From: an uncultured delta proteobacterium
GTDB lineage: Bacteria > Desulfobacterota > BSN033 > UBA1163
Assembly: GCA_963731045.1 (NCBI GenBank)
Contig: CAVSVC010000015.1
Span: forward strand, 27,235-91,234
Length of the DNA: 64,000 nucleotides
Direction of reading: 5' to 3'
Both the position numbers and the translations under genes were made by a program. The stretch's first letter is position 1. Each line of letters starts with the position of its first letter. Under the pieces are notes generated by a model. The model was not told the origin of the DNA. It searched no databases and saw only the letters and a program-made list of their open reading frames with translations. Positions 60,318 through 64,000 of the stretch are shown piece by piece.

Positions 60318-60953
60318 TTATTGCCTGACGAAGGGGTTACGGTGCCTTTCGTACTCGATCGTCGAGGTGGGGGCTGAACCGTAGTTATGGCCGGGGAAGA
60401 CCACCGTATCACCGGGGAGGGTGTATAGTTTATTCCGGATGGATGATTCCAGGATTTCCCAGGAACACCCGGGAAAATCCGTTCTTCCAACGGATCCGAC
60501 AAAAAGCGTGTCGCCCGTAAATACTGTTCCGTCCGTGTAGAGACAGACTCCCCCCGGTGAGTGTCCGGGTGTATGGATGACGCGCAATTCGACCTTCCCC
60601 ACTCGAATTCTGTCCCCATCTTCAACACGGATGTCAGAGGGAGGAGAAGGCTTTGCATGAAACATTTCAAGAAGATCGTCCGGCGTTTGAACGAGGAGCC
60701 CCGCGTCCTCCTGGTGGATGACGATCTTGGCGCCTGTCCTTTTCTTCATATCCTGGTTTCCCATGATGTGATCGACGTGGGCATGGGTGTTCACGATATA
60801 CTTGATTTTCGTAATTCCCTTTGATTCCGCTTCGGAAACGAGCGAGTCCGTTTCATCGGCCGGGTCAATGAAAAGTCCCTCTCCCGACTCTTCGTCTCCG
60901 ACCAGATAGCAGAAGATTGAAAACTGGCCCACTTCGTATTGTTCAAGAACCAT
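60318..60953 (-). CDS. metallo-beta-lactamase-fold hydrolase (glyoxalase II-like)
   Basis: THAHVDH, TPGHSPG, TGDTLF, PGH. Confidence 0.9.
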   Translation of the reverse strand: MVLEQYEVGQFSIFCYLVGDEESGEGLFIDPADETDSLVSEAESKGITKIKYIVNTHAHVDHIMGNQDMKKRTGAKIVIHQEDAGLLVQTPDDLLEMFHAKPSPPSDIRVEDGDRIRVGKVELRVIHTPGHSPGGVCLYTDGTVFTGDTLFVGSVGRTDFPGCSWEILESSIRNKLYTLPGDTVVFPGHNYGSAPTSTIEYERHRNPFVRQ

Positions 60954-61022
60954 TCCCGCCTCCTCTCTCAGTTACTCCCCATAATATACGTTATTTCTCC
61001 CATGGATTCACCTTCCCCAGTC

Positions 61023-61062
61023 AAAAAAAAGACCCCGGCATGGACAAACGCCGGGGTCTTTT
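61023..61062 (-). terminator. intrinsic (possibly bidirectional) terminator downstream of the csp gene
   Basis: AAAAAAAAGACCCCGGC...GCCGGGGTCTTTT. Confidence 0.75.
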
Positions 61063-61085
61063 CTCAGTTTAACAAGTCTCTTTTC

Positions 61086-61289
61086 TTAGCTCACGACGAC
61101 AACCTCTGTCGCCTGGGGACCCTTCGGTCCCTGGGAGATTTCGAACTCCACCTCATCTCCTTCGTAAAGGACTTTGAACCCCTCCTTCTTAATGGCGGAA
61201 AAGTGCACGAAGACGTCATTCCCGTCATCCCTGGAAATGAACCCATAGCCTTTCTTCTCGTTAAACCATTTAACACGACCTTTGGCCAC
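61086..61289 (-). CDS. cspA: cold-shock protein
   Basis: GRVKWFN, KGYGFI (RNP1), VFVHF (RNP2), GPKGPQA. Confidence 0.93.
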   Translation of the reverse strand: MAKGRVKWFNEKKGYGFISRDDGNDVFVHFSAIKKEGFKVLYEGDEVEFEISQGPKGPQATEVVVVS

Positions 61290-61706
61290 TACAACTCACC
61301 TCCCTTCCCTCTGGAATAAAGTAAGTTGTAATAGCCTTTGGTCCTGAATAAAAAAAGCCACAGCAGTCCTTACAGCACTTTTGTGGCTCTTTTTGATCCA
61401 AACAAACTACTCCTTACAACTTACGTAGCAGTTATTATTATATTTTTCTTTTTTGAATGTCAAGTCTTTTTTTACCGTCGGTGTTACCGTCTTTTTTTCC
61501 GTTTTCTCCCGGGAGGCCCTTTCCAGGAATGTCTTGCCATGACCCGGTCCGCAAGAAGGCCACTGACCCGGGCAAGTCATATCCTCCACCCGTATCCCAT
61601 TAAAGTCGCGGGTCATTTTTTTTGTGTCCCTTTTGACTTGGGTCAAGGGAAAGCATGTGGAAAAGGGTTATTTTATAATTGAAAATAACAGAGCGGAGGG
61701 AGCATC

Positions 61707-62492
61707 ATGACAACGAGAAAGATTGTTAAGATCGATGAGGAAAGGTGTAACGGCTGCGGACTCTGCATTCCCAACTGTGCTGAGGGGGCTATTCAGATTG
61801 TGAACGGCAAAGCCAGGCTGATCAACGACAAATTCTGTGATGGATTGGGCGCATGCCTCGGGCATTGCCCGGAGGATGCAATCCAGGTCATCCAGAGGGA
61901 GGCAGAGGATTTCGACGAAAAGGCGGTGGAAGCATATCTTCATGGACAAGACAAACCTGCGCCTGAATTGAAACCTCGACCTCAACCTGCCCTTGCTGGT
62001 TGTCCTTCTTCCCGGCCAAGGCAGTTCAAGGCCTCTGAAGAGACGACTGCATCGGGTCCGCCCGCTCCGTCTGTCTCCATGCTTGCAAATTGGCCTGTTC
62101 AATTGAAGCTCGTTCCGGTCAATGCACCCTACTTTGACGATGCGGACTTACTTGTAACTGCGGATTGCGTTCCCATTGCCTATGCCAATTTCCATCGGGA
62201 TTTCATGAAGGGAAAGGCCGTGGTGGTGGGCTGTCCCAAGCTGGATGATATTCAGCACTACCTGGAGAAACTGACCGAGATTTTCAAGAACAATTCGATT
62301 AAGAGTGTGACCCTTTCATACATGGAAGTCCCCTGCTGCTTCGGCCTGGTCAGGGCGACAGAGGAAGCGATTGCGGCCTCGGGGAAAAAGATCCCCTTGA
62401 AAAAGGTGAAGATTGGAATCCAGGGAGACATCAAGCCGGAAGGGGAGGTCCGAGGTCTTCCCTCTGCACGTCCGGTCGGTAACGCACATTAG
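61707..62492 (+). CDS. 4Fe-4S dicluster protein with a C-terminal ADCV/GCPKLD/MEVPCC domain
   Basis: CNGCGLCIPNC, CDGLGACLGHC, WPVQL, MEVPCC. Confidence 0.87.
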   Translation: MTTRKIVKIDEERCNGCGLCIPNCAEGAIQIVNGKARLINDKFCDGLGACLGHCPEDAIQVIQREAEDFDEKAVEAYLHGQDKPAPELKPRPQPALAGCPSSRPRQFKASEETTASGPPAPSVSMLANWPVQLKLVPVNAPYFDDADLLVTADCVPIAYANFHRDFMKGKAVVVGCPKLDDIQHYLEKLTEIFKNNSIKSVTLSYMEVPCCFGLVRATEEAIAASGKKIPLKKVKIGIQGDIKPEGEVRGLPSARPVGNAH

Positions 62493-62534
62493 AAGAAGAA
62501 CAGGAGATTCGGCAGTTACATTCAGCAGACCCAG

Positions 62535-62699
62535 TTAGCTTTTTCTGGAGGTCTTCGCAATAAATGCTGTAATGAGCTGTTCCACTTTCTTATCTCCGCA
62601 TTTCGGACATTTCATGCGGGAAGCGTCATGTTCCTTAATGCTCAGGGTGAGTGTAAATTTCTTTTTGCAGCTCAGGCATCGATAATCATAGGTGGGCAT
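62535..62699 (-). CDS. FmdB-family zinc ribbon protein (54 aa, absent from the ORF track)
   Basis: MPTYDYRCLSCKKKF...KCPKCG; GAGGA RBS. Confidence 0.82.
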   Translation of the reverse strand: MPTYDYRCLSCKKKFTLTLSIKEHDASRMKCPKCGDKKVEQLITAFIAKTSRKS

Positions 62700-62779
62700 C
62701 TCATCTTCCTCCTTTGTGAAGTCAGTACAGATTCAGAAAAAATCACCAGAGACTAATATATAAATTCCGACGTTTTCTG

Positions 62780-64000
62780 TCAATAGGAAGTACTGGTACT
62801 GGAAACGCCTTTTTTCTGCTCCAACCGGCGTTTCCTCTGATGAAGAAGCTCCGTTTCTTTCGGATGATGGCCGGTCATTTCCAAAGCCCTGTCCACATAG
62901 GCAATGGCCCGATCAAGATCTTTCTTCCGGTGCTCGTAGTACTTTGCCAATTCAACGAAAGGAAAAGGATCCTTATGGGAACGGAAGGAGACCATCTCCT
63001 CCCACAGGGACAGCGCCTTTTCCCCCTTCCCTGTTTTCTTGAAGGCCATGGAGAGCCACTTCATCACCTCCCACCCCAGATCGTCGTCACACCGGCTCAG
63101 AGCGATTTCAAAACAGGAGACGGCCTTCTCCGGGTCTTTGTGGTCCCAGAAGAGCTTCCCCAGGGCGAAATGTTCCACCCCCTTCCGGGGCCGTGCAGCC
63201 CCAGGGTCATGATACACAAGGTGGATCCTCCCTGCCAGGGCCGCCATGGCGAGGATGTCCATCTGATTATGGTAAAAGACCCGGGAAATCCTGCCTGCGT
63301 CTCCTGTCCGGAGATAGTCAAAGTAGAGGGAGGGAATGAATTCAGACGGGACGTCATCCTCTCTTTCCATGCCCAGAAGCCGGGATTCGAGAGTGACCAG
63401 CCGGCAGTTTTCGTAAGAGCCTTTCCAGATCTTCCTGGAAGGAAAGAGCAGATCGAAATTGGGGATTTCCCTGATCCTGGATATCATCCGGGAGAGGATA
63501 AACCGGGTCTCCAGCAGGGGGATATCAAAGTGCCTTCCGTTGAACGTGACCAGGTACTGGAAAGATTCGAGCAGATGATTCAGTATCGAAAGCGAGGCCT
63601 TCTCTTCAACATAATCCCTCATAAAGAGCTGTTGAATCAAGAATCCGTCTCCCTCAAAGAAACCGAGACCGATCAGAAATGCAAACGTGCCGGTCCCTCC
63701 GGACAACCCCGTGGTCTCCGTATCGAGGAAGAGGGTCTTCCGTAAGTCCATTTCCTTCAGTCGCATATCTTTTGAGAGAAGGTGAGCAGGCTGGGTGGAG
63801 ATATTCAGAACCTCTTGCAGGGAGATCTCGCCAAAGCGGAAATGGGGAGGGTAAGCCGTTTTTGCGAGAAAGGTTTCCCCATGGGGCGTTGAGACAATCT
63901 CGCCCTTCACCAGAGATTCAATCGGAACGGTCTCCTTCTTCTGATAGACTTTTTTCGGTTCAAAGACCCGATTCAGTCTCTGTTTCAGATCGGTGAGGAC
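62780..64000 (-). CDS. YprB-like RNase H-fold (DEDD) protein with a TPR C-terminus; 5' end outside the window
   Basis: FLDTETTGLSGG, TFNGRHFD, YHNQMD, ELAKYYEH; frame open to the window edge. Confidence 0.87.
   Translation of the reverse strand, partial: VLTDLKQRLNRVFEPKKVYQKKETVPIESLVKGEIVSTPHGETFLAKTAYPPHFRFGEISLQEVLNISTQPAHLLSKDMRLKEMDLRKTLFLDTETTGLSGGTGTFAFLIGLGFFEGDGFLIQQLFMRDYVEEKASLSILNHLLESFQYLVTFNGRHFDIPLLETRFILSRMISRIREIPNFDLLFPSRKIWKGSYENCRLVTLESRLLGMEREDDVPSEFIPSLYFDYLRTGDAGRISRVFYHNQMDILAMAALAGRIHLVYHDPGAARPRKGVEHFALGKLFWDHKDPEKAVSCFEIALSRCDDDLGWEVMKWLSMAFKKTGKGEKALSLWEEMVSFRSHKDPFPFVELAKYYEHRKKDLDRAIAYVDRALEMTGHHPKETELLHQRKRRLEQKKGVSSTSTSY

Overview
Bacterial window, most likely from an anaerobic Desulfobacterota/Deltaproteobacteria-like organism (inferred from gene content and repeat types). 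More than 20 otherwise intact genes carry single-base frameshifts, which points to an unpolished long-read assembly rather than real pseudogenes. 0.5-26 kb is a catabolic island that looks dedicated to anaerobic polyphenol/hydroxy-aromatic conversion. It holds two paralogous cytoplasmic Cys-ligated Mo/W-bisPGD enzymes of the acetylene hydratase/catechol dehydroxylase branch with two short Fe-S subunit genes, a pyrogallol-phloroglucinol transhydroxylase-like AthL/BthL pair with altered active-site residues, a BsdC/BsdD-type UbiD decarboxylase, an SMP-30 lactonase, an enoate-reductase-like flavoenzyme, RidA, and TRAP, Bug and ABC uptake systems. Two of its promoters share a 19-bp motif. 26-33.4 kb is a decayed accessory/defence patch: AAA_14-DUF4143 ATPase with a palindromic operator, orphan antitoxins, a truncated PLD-helicase, paired att-like repeats and a HEAT-TPR-SEC-C protein. 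33.4-47 kb holds two more uptake/catabolic operons (M24 hydrolase, 2-hydroxyacid dehydrogenase, TRAP; acyl-CoA dehydrogenase, CoA ligase, ABC). 47-64 kb is mixed housekeeping, envelope and signalling genes. Many miniature REP/MITE-like elements sit in intergenic regions. No rRNA, tRNA or CRISPR array was seen. All family assignments come from motif recognition and recall, not database searches.
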